Assembly: GCA_036172245.1 (NCBI GenBank) | Contig: JAYWIR010000005.1 | Coordinates: 5,890,001 to 5,954,000 of the forward strand | Source: Raillietiella orientalis | Taxonomy: Eukaryota | DNA length: 64,000 nucleotides | Direction of reading: 5' to 3' | In this document: piece after piece, positions 38,404 to 51,021 of the stretch | Layout: every line of letters starts with the position of its first letter | Position numbering within the stretch: the stretch's first letter is position 1 | The notes under the pieces: model-generated | The model's input: the letters and a program-made list of their open reading frames with translations, nothing else | What the model was told of the DNA's origin: nothing | Database searches by the model: none | Program-made: the position numbers and the translations under genes

Positions 38404-40449
38404 CTGGGGGACAGGAAAGAGAAAATGTAGCCGGCAGGTGTGGGGCATCCAGAGAAGCATCCTGCCCATTTCTCCCTTCCCCCCTCCTCCATCTTCCTCA
38501 TTCCCCGCGTTCGAAGAGGAGCGAGTGATTACTCTCCTTTTCAGGCGGCGACCTGAAGGTTTCTAGTGCGCATCGTGCATCACTGCCATCCCGACCTGGA
38601 TCCGACCTCTGTTCCGCCTGCGGAAACACAGAAACCAATGGCCAGTTTCCCGAGTGGCCGCAAGAGCTCACCCCTTTCCACAGGCGCGGAGCAGGAAAAA
38701 AAGAGGGGAAGGAGGGAGGGGAGGCCTTCCGCTGGAGCCCGAACGTTCTTGCTGCCCGGCCAGAGAAGGAGGAACAAGTGCAGCGCGCGTGCTCCGTCGC
38801 CGGCTGCTAACATTTTTTTCGCTCAAGGCATGGTACTCCACCAGAGGGACTCCCCTGCTCGAGGTCGCCACAGCCAGGGATGAGCTCCCTGACGACCTCT
38901 CGCCGCCGGGACAGTCAGTACGGACAGGAACCTGACCCCGACGTCAGGTGTCGTCCCTGCCCCCTCCTGAAGAGGGTCAGTGGTCGCGCTTGAACGACAG
39001 CATCTCCTTGGTGACAGCACCTCTCCCAGAAGAGATCTCGTCGTTCCGCTCCCTCCAATCTCAGGTGCTGAGAAGAAGGATCTCAGCTTCTGCGGAAGTC
39101 CCGAAGACGTCTGGCAGGTAAGAAGGCGAGGAAAGGAGGGGAAAACATCTCAGAACGGTGGGATGGCCTGAGGCCTCCCCTCTTGGACACCCCTTTCACA
39201 ACTATTCTGCAAAGCGCTGGCACCGGATGCCCCTCCTCCCCTTTTTTCGCATCCCCTCTGCCGCTCTCCTGATGGTACGAGGCATAAGTGTCCCGCTCCT
39301 TTCGTTCCCTATCCTGGCAGACCCGAAGTCAGGGGACCTTCCACAATTGCGCGACTTCAATGAAACGAGAGTTTTCCTATTTCCTATTTCCGACGACCAG
39401 GACGGGGAAGTCCAGACTGTCCGCAAACCTGAGCTCTGAAGAAAGCGCTTACGTCACCTTCTGGTGGTGGGTCGGGAATCGAACAGAGTGAGCCCGAAAA
39501 GGTCTCGTGGACTCTTCTGCCGTTTCCCGGTCTCGGGTGCCAGCAAGCTGCTTGCGGAAGGAGCGACGACTCAACCTTCGGGATTCGCGGGAACCTACGC
39601 AGCTCCCTGCCCCCTCTCCCCTTCCTCCCCGATGACAAAAATTCAAGGCAAAACTATCCCCATGCTCCACAACAGAGCGGTTAGCACTCGAGGAACATTG
39701 GCGATTGGCTTCTCTTTTCATACGTCAGTCGTGCCCCATTGCCCACGATTCACTTCGTTACTGTTGATGGACACTTGCTGAAGGCGCGGATGTCGTCTTG
39801 GCTGGACCGATGCTCCTCGCCAGAGATTTTCTTCCTTTCCTCAACATCTTCAAGAGCTGCCAAAAAATTTCGCTCGCCGCCAATTAGGAATGCAGACCTC
39901 AGCAAACGGTTCCACGACGCTCGTTGTTTCAACTCACTACCGAGGGCGTGGAGAGGAGCGAGAAAACGGTGAGAAAATCCTCTGAGCAGTTTCCAAACAT
40001 CCCTCTTCCTGGAGCCTGCATGCTGTCAACATAAAGACTGTTAGAGAGGATGCACTAATAGCAAGAATCATAGCAATTATTTTAGAGAGGAACACGAGCA
40101 CACCGAGACGATCCCTGTGCCGAAGGAGCCCACAGATATGAGGTGTGGTCAATCAGTTCTCAAGAGAGGAATCCCCCAAAAAACTCCAGATCACGCCTCG
40201 ACGACTGGAGGCGATCGTCCTTGATCATCGCGAAGCGGGGAAATTCGTTGCTTTCTTTTCCGATCCCGGTTTACTAATGTACCAAAAGGGTGAGCTGAAG
40301 GGGTTGCGGAGCAGAGGATGTGAAGCAATCCAAAAGTGAAGCTATCCAAATCCATCGCTTGAAATGAGTGAGAATTGGGGACGCCTAGAAAGCTTTACAT
40401 CCAGGGTGGATCGAACTGAGGGGCTGGGAGGCGAAACTTCACGGTCCAT

Positions 40450-41600
40450 TAGAAGATGGTGCAAGTCTAAGATCCTCAGTCGAAACAGAGGCAACCAGGA
40501 AAGACAAGAAACTTCGAGGACAGCTCTCTAGAAACACCGTGACCAAAGACCCGACATTTGGCTTCCAGTTTCTCTCCTCGAAAATGAAAGTGTATCTGCA
40601 TCATCTTCCACTTCAGCTTCCATCATTAGACGGCTCTACTTCTCGGTTCAAGTGTTGTTCCTCCTTAAGTGCTGCTGACAGGTTTCTTGCTAGCATTTGT
40701 GGCCGAATCCAGCAAAGCTGCCTGCTTTCTCGTACTCTCTAGCAACTGTAGTGGAGGATAGCACCGAGGAAACCGATGAGATGGGTCACCCTTTTCATCC
40801 GTATGACCAGCACACAAGCCCTCCCAGTTGACTCATTAACGATGGAATACCCGAGCTCACAGAGAAATCTTGATGGCAGCACTCCCATTTCTCCCAGAAT
40901 CTGATGGGAAGTGTGGATACTCTACCTGAGAAGAAGCCAGAGTCTTCAGCGCATCTTCTTTCCTTTCTCTGTAAGTCTGGATCAGTCTTTCCAAGCAGAA
41001 GAAGACGACATGATTGGATTTCATCCACAGCTCTAGATCTTCCATAATGGATCGCAAGGTGAAGAGCAAATCGCAGTTCGCCTTGCATTCCCTGTGAAGA
41101 AAACACCATGTGGAATGCACAGATTCTGGATTATCATCTCATAACTTCTCCATAGAGCTGGATGCTCTGTCGACTAGAGAAACTGCTCTTCTCATAGTTC
41201 CAGCATTTCGTCACTGGCCAGGGACAACTCAGAAGGAAATAACATATCCGGACGTAACATATTGGAGGTTTTGGTACTCTTGAGGCCGTAAACCAAAGGA
41301 CATGAATATGGAAGAAAGCCCACGACAATAGATGCAAAAGAGAAAAGCTTCTTTTCGAAAAAAATGGACCTCTCTTGGCACAGGTGTAGCATAACAGTAA
41401 GAGCGGTCAAAGCATTGCATTCTCCAATCTGGAAAGGAGGGAACATGCCTCGCTGTCTCATGGAATCATGGATCGACTGAAGCAGAGACACGCAGAGACC
41501 ACGGCGCAGCACCACCGCGTCCACTATGTGTGCCATTGAGAACTTGGCAGGTTTCCTCAAGAGTAGCTGTACAGTATAGTTTTCTCAACAAATTCCGGTA
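40450..41600 (-). mobile_element. Decayed RTE-clade LINE RT, copy A
   Basis: 'FPDW', 'KCWNY' (~CxNYRGISL), 'CDLLFTLRSIMEDLELW...VFFCLER' (~DxIFTLRxIxE..EW..FxDLEKAFD) and 'LEAKCRVF' (~LKxRVF). Confidence 0.6.
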
Positions 41601-42299
41601 TTAACGGAGAAGACAACCACCAAGAATATACACGGTGAGAAGAGAGCATGGCTACAGAGAAGGCGCTCTGGAAGTAGTTCCATTTTCAGTTTCTGAAGCT
41701 GTGTTCCATCGGGTTGAAGTCCTTGGCCGAGGTCTCTGCAGTGAGGAAAATCTGAAAGCTTCTAAAAAGCAGAACGAAATAACGAGCTGTGCTACATTGG
41801 ATGGTGCTGGAGGGTGGAAGAACTATTGAGATAACAGCTTCTGGACAGCAGATAAGATAGAGGGCACCGTAGCGAAGGTAAAGGAGAAAGATGCATAGAG
41901 AAATGGTTCAGGATCTGTTGGTGCTGAATGAGAGAGAATTAAGCAAGCGTAGAGGAAGCTGAAAACTGAATTGTCTTTCAATCTGTCCGTGCTCAACCTC
42001 ATGTCCGAAAATGAAAGCGTATCTGTCAGTTTCCAAAAGTACTCTGTAAGGGACTCATCTCCTATCTCTATGCTTACGTGATCTTCAATGGAAGCACTAG
42101 CAGATGCTTGCACTCCCACTGAAGAACAAGAGACGAGTCAGAGGCGTTGCAGAATAGATAGGGGAAAGAAATCCATTCCATTCCATGAGGGAAAAGGCCA
42201 TCACCTCTCGCGAGAAGGACACCTGAAGCCTCTGATAACAGTTTGTGTGGCATCTGCTTAAAGTACGATCCTAGCTCCGATTCACGAAATCTTGTGTGT

Positions 42300-43600
42300 G
42301 ATGGCAAGTCTCTTGAGATCCTCGGTGAAACTCACGTCCAAACCGGAACGAGGAGCAGGACAGACGGGCAGTGCGTCACCGGAAAGACAAGAAACTTCGA
42401 GGACAGCCCTCTCGAAGAACTGTGACCAAAGACGCGACACTTGATTTCCAGTTCCTCTCCTCGAAAACGAAAGTGAGTCTGTCTCATCTCTGAATTCTCC
42501 AGCTTCCAATTGACTCTTCTCGACTCAATTGCTGTTCTTCCTCAATTGTTGCCACAAGAGTTTGCTTGCTTGTATGTTGAGCTCCGAATTTTTGGGTCTC
42601 AAATCCTGATATGAGCTTCCACTGAGAAGATGGCAATGTGGAGAGAAGCAAGAAAGACTGTTGTTACACCTCTTCCTTAGCATCAATTCCTATGTTCAAC
42701 CAGCTACCGATGTTCCTCAGTCCTTAATCCTACACCGAGAATTCTCTCAACATCCACTGGTTCCTGGTTCTTACCAGGCTTCTGCCAACAAATCGTCGTC
42801 GTCTCCATCAACATTCTTTCTCTCTGCAAGTCTTCCAGAAATCATTTGGAATGTGTCGATCACGCAGCTGATGGAGAGCTACATTTCCTGCAGTTTCCAG
42901 TCAACAAGCTCCAGTAGTCCTATTCTAGACCATCTTCATCGACGCATCTTGGCATACTGTCATCCGGTTCCCTTCTGGTGCATTGCTGGGCATCCAAAAC
43001 GATCCCCCACACGGATGGGAGTGACTCATGTTGATACCAGTTCCTGCCAGCCGCTTCGGTCAGGTTGCGATGCTCAAAGGGTAGCTGCGAGCGGTCTGGG
43101 GGTGTCACAGGGAGAGGACGGGGACGGCATATCGTTATCGACTCAGCTAAGCCCTGATCTGTGGGTCCTCCCTCGGTTCGTTCCAGGAGGTTGGGCTCCC
43201 ATCTCGTTGCAGCTATCCGCACCTCAACTCCCGTCCCGGCAAATGTCCCTCCAGACGGATGACCCCAAAGCATCGTCTTCGCTACGGGCAGGGTGGTGTC
43301 TGCTTCTCTGCTTCTTCGAGAGCTGAATTCCACCGTCCGCATGCTCTCTTTGCTGTGTTGGAAATGTCGCTTCTGGTGTTCCTGCCAGCTTGTCGCTGCA
43401 CCTCGAGAGTGTCTCCCCGTCGACTTATTTTGTGATCGGTAGGCCCCCGCTGCTTTGATTTATCGAGCAGGGTCTCCCCCTCAAGGTAACTCTGTGCATC
43501 TTCGGGAAGGAGGCTGCGAACCGTCCCATGGTGCCATTCCGCAAAGAACGGAAACCTTCCATCACCCCGACGCATGCTGCGCCCGCTGAGCGCTACTTGT
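42300..43600 (-). mobile_element. Decayed RTE-clade LINE RT, copy B
   Basis: 'DTLEVQRQAG' (~TLDxxQPxEQAGFR), 'LVDWK', 'GDDDDLLAE...MLRE' (~FADDIVLLAE..QxMLxE) and 'LEIKCRVF'. Segment 42385-42510 aligns with 40501-40622 as a diverged direct repeat. Confidence 0.6.
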
Positions 43601-43699
43601 TATCCCGACGTTCCCGATGCTCCCTATTTCAAAATGGTGTTGAGCAAATTCGTAAATGAAGCAGCTACCCATCTTCTCTTTCCTGTTTTATCTTTCCTT

Positions 43700-45100
43700 C
43701 AGCTCTGCAGCAATGCTGCGATGCCCAACTCTGCAGTATCTGACGTTTCTCGTGAGATAGTGCCACCCACTAACGAGCCCCTATGAGAATCCCCAGGAGC
43801 CCGGGACTCTGGGAATTGCTTCCCTTCCGGAAGTATCAGGTTTAGTCCACCGGAACCGGCGAGAGGCTGCTCCTTCGATTCGAGTGCCTCTTCATAAGTA
43901 CTGATAGCGACGAAGCGTTTCCAGATTGGCGGTGGATGCAGCCTCTCCCCGAAGGCTCCGTTCCCTATCGTCACCCCACCTCCACCTGGACGAGGGAATT
44001 GTCTCCATCAGGTTGACTCACCACAGGGAAGATGACCTCTTCCGAGCATCTTCCATCGACGACGTGCGAGAAAATGCTGGACATTTTCCTTCGAGGTGCT
44101 CTTGAACAACCTCAGAGCTTTTCAGTTGCTTGCGCCCCCACCCCACCCTCGGAGTCCCTTTCGTCAAAAAGCATCGCAAGGAGCCACGGAGTAATTGCAA
44201 ACACCCTTCTTTCGCCTCTCCGACACATCTCCGTATCTTCTGGATGAGTCGATTGAACCTCGGTCCTGACATCCCGTCCATCTTCACCCAGCAAATCCGC
44301 TGCAGACCACTTCAGACGAAGGAGAAAGGCTCGGAGGACCATTTCAGAGCCGATCAAGAGCAGATCGCGATCCAATTGCCAATCGCGATCTCTGCGGAAA
44401 ACCGAGGTCCGGACGACCGCGAGCCCTCCAAGAAAGGTTCCTGCGGACTCACGTTTGCAGGAGAGTCTCCAGTCCCAATTGCTTGTCCTGACGGTCCTGC
44501 TTCTCCTTCAGGTACTTGAGTTCCCAGTCCGCTCTTCGAGCATGCTTCCCTATGTCCTGGATAGCAGCGGGCTTCTCTCTCCTTCGGGGAGGCATGATGA
44601 TGCCCAACTTCTTCGGCTCCTTTTGGTGAAACGAGTGCTGCTGCTGCCCTGTGCGCTCCTTCGCCGCCAGACAAGATTCCAAAGTCTCTGATGATGGCCT
44701 CGCTTGTTACCAAGGAATTTTTCTTTGTTCTGTTCCTCCGCTCGTTTTACGTGGTCCAGATGGATCGAGGCGAACTATTTCGCGAAGATGGCGAAGGCCG
44801 CCTTTTGGAGTGGGTGCAGTCCTTCTGTGGGAAACTCCGTGGGAAGTGCAGGAGGAGTGAAACGCAGCTGGGAGTTCGTCCCTGGCATCTGGCGGCAGCG
44901 GGTGCGCTTGAGAGTTATGCGAAAACGTAGAGGGCGGCCCGTTCCGAGAACGCACGTTGGGAACTGACGTCTCCCCTACGGTCTCCTTCAGTGCTTTCTA
45001 TCTGGTATTTCTCCGTGCCGATAAGAAAGGAAAGCACGCTCCAGGGACCTTTCCAGAAGCTTCCAAACACGTGTTCACTCCAAGCCCTTGATGGCCCTTG
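43700..45100 (-). mobile_element. Decayed Ty3/Gypsy pol (RT-RNaseH)
   Basis: 'YQIESTEGDR', 'LSSAPA', 'SFHQKEPKKLG...EKPAAIQD', 'GERRVFAI' (~ERELLAI) and 'PPIWKRFVAISTYE' (~PRIxRWxLxLxxY), in pol order. Confidence 0.5.
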
Positions 45101-45949
45101 GCTAGGAAACTCTTGCGCGAGAGCTCACGGTCGTTTAGTAACAATCGGAAGGGTTCGAGGAACAAAGCGGAACAATTAGCACATAAGCTGTTTGTCCTAC
45201 GAGGCGAAGGCAAAGGCAGAAGGCCCCAGGATTTCCACCTGCTGCTGATGCCCCACTTTCCTCTTGCAATGCTTTTCCTGCATCCAGAGACACGGCTGAT
45301 CCTTGTACAATCTTCGCGCCTAGAAGGGTCTACTGAAAAAAGACAGGAATGTCTCAGGCGTGGCTCTGAAGCTCGCATGTCTGGAGGCAGGCTAGCATTT
45401 CCCTATCCCTTCATATGGAGACGTTGGCGACCCTCCTTGCAGCTCTCCTCTGCGCACAGAAGGCTATTTCCGGGGTAAAATTTCGCGGAGTCTACAAATC
45501 TCGCTTTGACCTCTCACGTGAGTTAAGGCAAGACGGGCGGACTAACCTCTCCCGCCTTGGAAACTGAAAGCGAACCTCCTACAGGGGTGACCTCACGTAT
45601 CCAGAAAAGCGATTCTCCCGGTAGCCCGAGTAACACCCCAAAATTTTGCCATCCGAGGAAATTCCTTTCCCATCTGGAACCAACTCGTTCCTTCCAAACT
45701 ATGAGGAAAGGAGTGCTCCTCGATGCCACAAGACGTCTGCATACCCGAAATTGGAAGGCGGGTTGTTTCCGGAGGGGCGGCTTCATCGCTCCCAGGGTCC
45801 GCTCCTTCCCCGTGACCCAAGGTGAGCTGGAGTCTTCATCATTTGTTCTGAGAAACGTCCCGTTACAAATGGATGCTGCCTGCGTAGCACACGACCTCCA
45901 TGTGCGATGCTGCAAGAGTTCTCAGCAGTACCACCAAGTGCCTTGCCGA

Positions 45950-47800
45950 GTTTTCACCATGTTGTTGTAGCAGGGTCCTCCTCTGGTAGGTTCTTGCTTT
46001 CAGTTCGAACCCTCAGCATTTCGTTGCGGCACCGATGGTTCTCGCCGCTGGGCATTACCTGCCTGCTGGCGCCTGAGCGTTGCACGGAGCTAAGGGTTTT
46101 GTGGTTTCTTCTGGAGACTTGACCACATTGATCGTATGAAGAGTGGCCAACCCGGTGTGTCCAGTGGTTGTTTCTGCCGTGTGTTATCTGGCCGATCTGG
46201 TTCTTGTGAAGATGGTGAAGAGTGTAAAGAAGCCTTCTTCTTATGTAATGCTTCAGTTCAATCGATAAATGTGATGGTTCGATTACGTTCTTGGAATTTC
46301 CAGCTCTTTCAGAATACAGACCTTTAGCTTTAGTCACGGGTAAGATGTTCAATGGGTTACTTGTTGGGCATTCCTTCTAAGACTGCCGTCTGTTGAGCGA
46401 GTTTCTCCATGGCTGCGTGCACTGTATCACCGCCACCTAAGTGCCTTCTCCTGATGTTGAGGAGATGCTTTCTTGGTTTATAGAATTGCTTCATCTCTGT
46501 TGCGTGATTATGCTTTCCAGGTTCGTTTGAAATAATGTCACTTAACATGATAAATCTTTCTTTGCGTAGCCGTTGACGCAGTCTCCTTGCTTCATCTCCT
46601 ATGATAGCTCTGGTATCGTGGTTCGATCTGTTCCCGTGATTCTCGACATCAAGTCGTCCTTCCTGAGGCTGCGCTTATGAAATCTGAGCTGATTCACTCT
46701 CAGCATTGCGAAAGGAAAGGTGCACTATGATCTGCCTGCAGCTTGGAAAGGACCTCTTTCATTCGTGCTCTAATCTGCGTCCTTTACCTTGAGATGAACT
46801 TTCGTATTGCTCTCCGTATCAGGATCAACAGCTTGCTCACCTCCCGTTTATCATTGATTGAGGAAATGAATGAGTCGCTCTTTTTGCGTTGGATGGGTCT
46901 ACGACGTGTCTGTAGAAAAAATTGCAACTTTCCTCGAATCGCCGCGCATGGACTTGGTGTTTGGGGAAACGTCTATTTGGTTCAACAGCTTCCTGGAGTC
47001 TTCTGTGGTCGCACGAAAACCAAATGTATTCTAGCGCTCAATCCAGTTATGTAGCGCATGGTCTTTCCGTCCAGCCATTTCTCTTGAATGTATTCTGGTT
47101 CTCAATCCTTGTCAGTAAGACATTCTGCGGTTTCCAAGCTAAGAAATGTAGGCCGGCTTCTCCGAGTGGCGCATATGCTTCTTAACGATCTTTCTGATCA
47201 GAATAGAAATGCGCTAAAAAACTGTGGAATTCCGGTGATAGAAACATGACAACATGTGATAGAATTCAGCACATTTATAAATGTGCTGCATTAAAGCAAA
47301 GCTGGGAAATGGATGGCAGACTGCTCCTACCACATATGCGAGGTCACTTGATGAGTTCTTCCAAAAATCGTGGTGAGATGCTGAAACTTGCGTGTAGGAA
47401 TAGGTACACACTTCAATTACAAGTATGCTCTGAGTTTTGCCCTGCAGTAATCTGCACTTCGTCTGGATAAGTTTTTGATGTCTTTAGGAAGCACTTTTGC
47501 TCTTCCTAGACAACTATGTCATCAAGAATAGGAGTCTTTCATACCAATCTGGAAGGGGGCTAGCAGCTTCAAGTCAGTGTCTTTCCTCTGGACCTCACGT
47601 TCTAATGTCATCGAGTGAACTGTTAAACCACTATTTGGAAAATTCCCGTTGATGAAGGTCAACTTGTCTACCGCCTCTGAGTCGCCATGGGAACTCCGTG
47701 TACGCGATTTTCATTTGTGGATGGTTTTCAGCAGCGCGCTGCAAACTGTCGGATGTTAAGGTCCCACGCTGTAGCGTGGGCCAACCACCCAGAGTCCGCG
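45950..47800 (-). mobile_element. Decayed RTE-like LINE (APE endonuclease to RT N-terminus)
   Basis: 'YSV/GTLTSD' (~YNVRTLxSD) at ~47770, 'VIEVCTY..FLEEL' (~IIQVYAPT..FYEEL), 'HLGGGDTVHAAMEKL' (~LKxGGxxVxxxLxxL) and 'ILPVTKAKG' (~IIPIxKKG). Confidence 0.55.
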
Positions 47801-49814
47801 TTAAGTCTTCCTGAAGGTCTTGCACGTTTCAGCTGCTTCTCAGTCGGTGGTGCAGTCTCCAATTCTCGGAATTTGACAAATATTCTCCACTGTGTGCTCT
47901 TAAATTATCGTCTGATAGTCTTAAGAGTACACTTAGTGCTTCGCCGTCAGACGCCGAATGTATCCCTGACGTCTAGTGTAACGTTCGCTGTAATCGAAAA
48001 GCGAAACATTCAGAAATGATACTCATCGAATTTCACCTCTCTTCGATGATCTTCTCCCGAGAAAAAAAATTCTGCCCTCACTGAGAGACGCTAGAAAGCT
48101 TTCGTTCTATCTTACACACCATGCATCTACTGTGAAGAGGATATTTCTCTTACATCAGCTGTTGTTCCCAAAGTGTGTACATGCCTACTTGGACAGAATT
48201 TCTCATTCTTAGACCTGTTTGTCTCTGAAGAGATTCTAAACTCAGGCCATTTACATGCGATCAAACATATTTCGTTTGCAGTTTGTGCAAGTCAAACACT
48301 GGAAATGTCTCAAGAAGAACGCACCTTGAAGCAATCTGCACTTTGGAAATAATGGTGGATATTTGACCGTCTTTTATTTTTTAGTCTTTGCTAGCTTCTT
48401 TTTGCATACTTTGCGAATTTTATCGTTGCTACGTTCCGCTTCCTCATAGAGATCCTCGTTTCCCAACGACAACCAGATATCATCCCAAACTCCAGTGTGT
48501 CATGCTGATATCTGCGGAGGACATATGCTCTTCGAAAGTGACTCACTTTGGTTTCTCTAAACAAATCATGATGAATAACACAGCAGATGAAATGTCCCTC
48601 AGTCTACGATTTATGGTTCATATAGATCTTCTGGAATTTCTGGTGCAACGGGCAGCTGAGGAAACCGTTGAATAAACGTTGTAGATGCTTCTCTAATCTA
48701 CAAATTCCAAAAATTATACATCACTCTCACATAGATCGGCTCTCATTAAATATCTTAACTATCCAATAATATCCGGAGATTTTGGTATCAGATGGAAACT
48801 TAAAAACTTTGAGTTACAAAATGATGTATTTTTTTTTTTCCGGAGTGGAAAACCTCTAAAAATAGAAAAAAGTGATCTCTTGACAATGACTACCCATTGA
48901 AATTATACTTTCCTTAGTAACGGAATACCTACAGCAATCCAGTGTAAGAAATGCAAGAAATGGTAAAACTTTTGACTCTATTTGAAAAGGATTCAGAGAA
49001 ATTCAGTGCAAGGTGCTTCATATCATGGAAATGAACTTTTAAGAAAACCTACCTAAAAGTATTGTAAGAAAATTAGACTTTTGAGAAATCTAAAGAAAAC
49101 CAAAAGATATGTCACTTAATAAAAAAATGGCCATGACTGAAAATGCCAAAACGAACCGCAATCAATCATTCGACCATGCTCAATCAAATAAGTAATATCC
49201 GAAAATTATGGTGCCAATCCTGCTTTTTATAGGAATCAATTTTTCAGTCATTAGAGAAATGAAAAATATTATGAAGAAATACAGCGACAAAATGTTTTCG
49301 TAGTAAGAGGCCCATTGGTTACATTTAAATTCGAATTTCCAAGACATGATTCTTTTTTAATCCAATATTCGGAAGCATTCTTGGAAAGTGTGTCTCATTG
49401 AAAATGAAGTCTCAGCTTGTCTCCTTCAAAATTCAAAGGAAGTCACGTTTCTCTTGAGGAGATTAAAAGGTATGAACAAACAGAAAAACATCGAGATGCA
49501 TACTGCAAAAGTTTTACGTAACACTTTTAAGCCTTAAAAGTCATACCTCCTTAACCAGTCTTAAATGGAATTATTTTTTCAGATTGAAAAGCTTAAATCT
49601 GATCTACATCTTGGTCATTCCAATGATTTGATCGAAATTAAAGGATGATTTGAACATCTTATGTATGGGCTAGCAAAACTAGATTTCTATTTCATTTCAG
49701 ATTCTTGTGGATTTCTTGAGGAATCTTAGCTATCTTATTGTATAGGCAGTCGTCTTGGATTTTATCACTAGAGAGTCACGAAAATATTCAGAGAAAAATG
49801 TGACTCATAGAAAT

Positions 49815-49862
49815 CATAGATAGATAGAAGCACGCCATCACACGTGCTTCTATCTATGTATG
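49815..49862. repeat. 20-bp inverted repeat (1 mismatch) with 8-nt spacer
   Basis: catagatagatagaagcacg-ccatcaca-cgtgcttctatctatgtatg. Confidence 0.9.
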
Positions 49863-51021
49863 TGTGAACTTTATCTCAAATCCTGCAACTATTCCAGTCT
49901 TTGCATGTCAGGAGATGCAACTGATTCAACATTCCTTTAACATCTGCAGAGCCCATGTTTCCTCGGTCGTGTCAGTATGGTTACGGATTATTCAGATCTG
50001 CAAGGCTGAGATTTTTTCTAGAAGCAACCGAACGATCAGTTAGATTTTTTTCAGTGATTCTCTTAATGAACATACAGTGCTTCCTTTCTTTCTTCTTTTG
50101 CTGAGAGGGAGGATGAAAACTCATAGAGGCTCCTGTTTTTGAAGAGTCGCTATTGCAAAATATTAGATATTAAGGGAGTACGGTAAGCGATATTCCCAAA
50201 AGACCTCGTACGTTATGTATATGAAAAAAAACTTTGGATTCATATTGCTAAAAATCCAAGAAGGGTATAGCTGCAAACATTTTTTGACTATTTCTATTTT
50301 TGTCTCATCCTAAACCCGGTTTTGAGATGAAACATCTATCTTTTTCTTGATCCATTATAGTACATTTGCCCGTACCACTGAGCTATCCATTTTTTTTTTT
50401 TTTTTTTTTCGATATGATTTCATTTTACTGTTTGCGAGAATATAATGCATCCAGTTCATTGCACTAATAACGAATCTTGAATCTGCTAATGTTTATTCGA
50501 GATCCCAAATTGATAATTTCGTAATCTGATTCACAAATGATGGGCTGCAACTCTGCATGGAACGAGTCTAGGGCCAAAGGCTGCTGATTGATCCCCTAGC
50601 AGTATTAAATTTCAACATTTCTACCCGATTGCCGCAACCCGTCCAGGTAGGTGCGCTTGTTGAACACAGGCTGCCGTGGCTTTATCCCTCCCCTCCCCTC
50701 CCTCCCTTGAATTCAACCTGATGCCTGGGTAAAGAAACCTCGAAAGGACAAAAATACAATAAGGATACTGTAAGGTGTAGATTTCACCCTTCAAAGTCGA
50801 AGCAATTTTTAAATGCTTATGGTTAATACAGTAGTGTTAGCAACAGTACTTATGCTCAAGATTTATGCAACCAATACTTTCAACAAAAAAGTAAAAATTC
50901 TAGGCAGTAACTGTTTATTGTATTAGTAATTTTGAGACCCCCAAGTGATCGCGTTCTCTGGTGTTTCAGGATTAAATAATGTAAAGTTCAAAAATGCTGG
51001 AAGTGGCATATTTTTGGAGAC

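Noticed and set aside
40501..42510. Diverged ~120-bp direct repeat (40501-40622 vs 42385-42510) as a novel repeat or duplicated gene
   Set aside because: Both copies are the same RT C-terminal segment of two neighbouring RTE relics.
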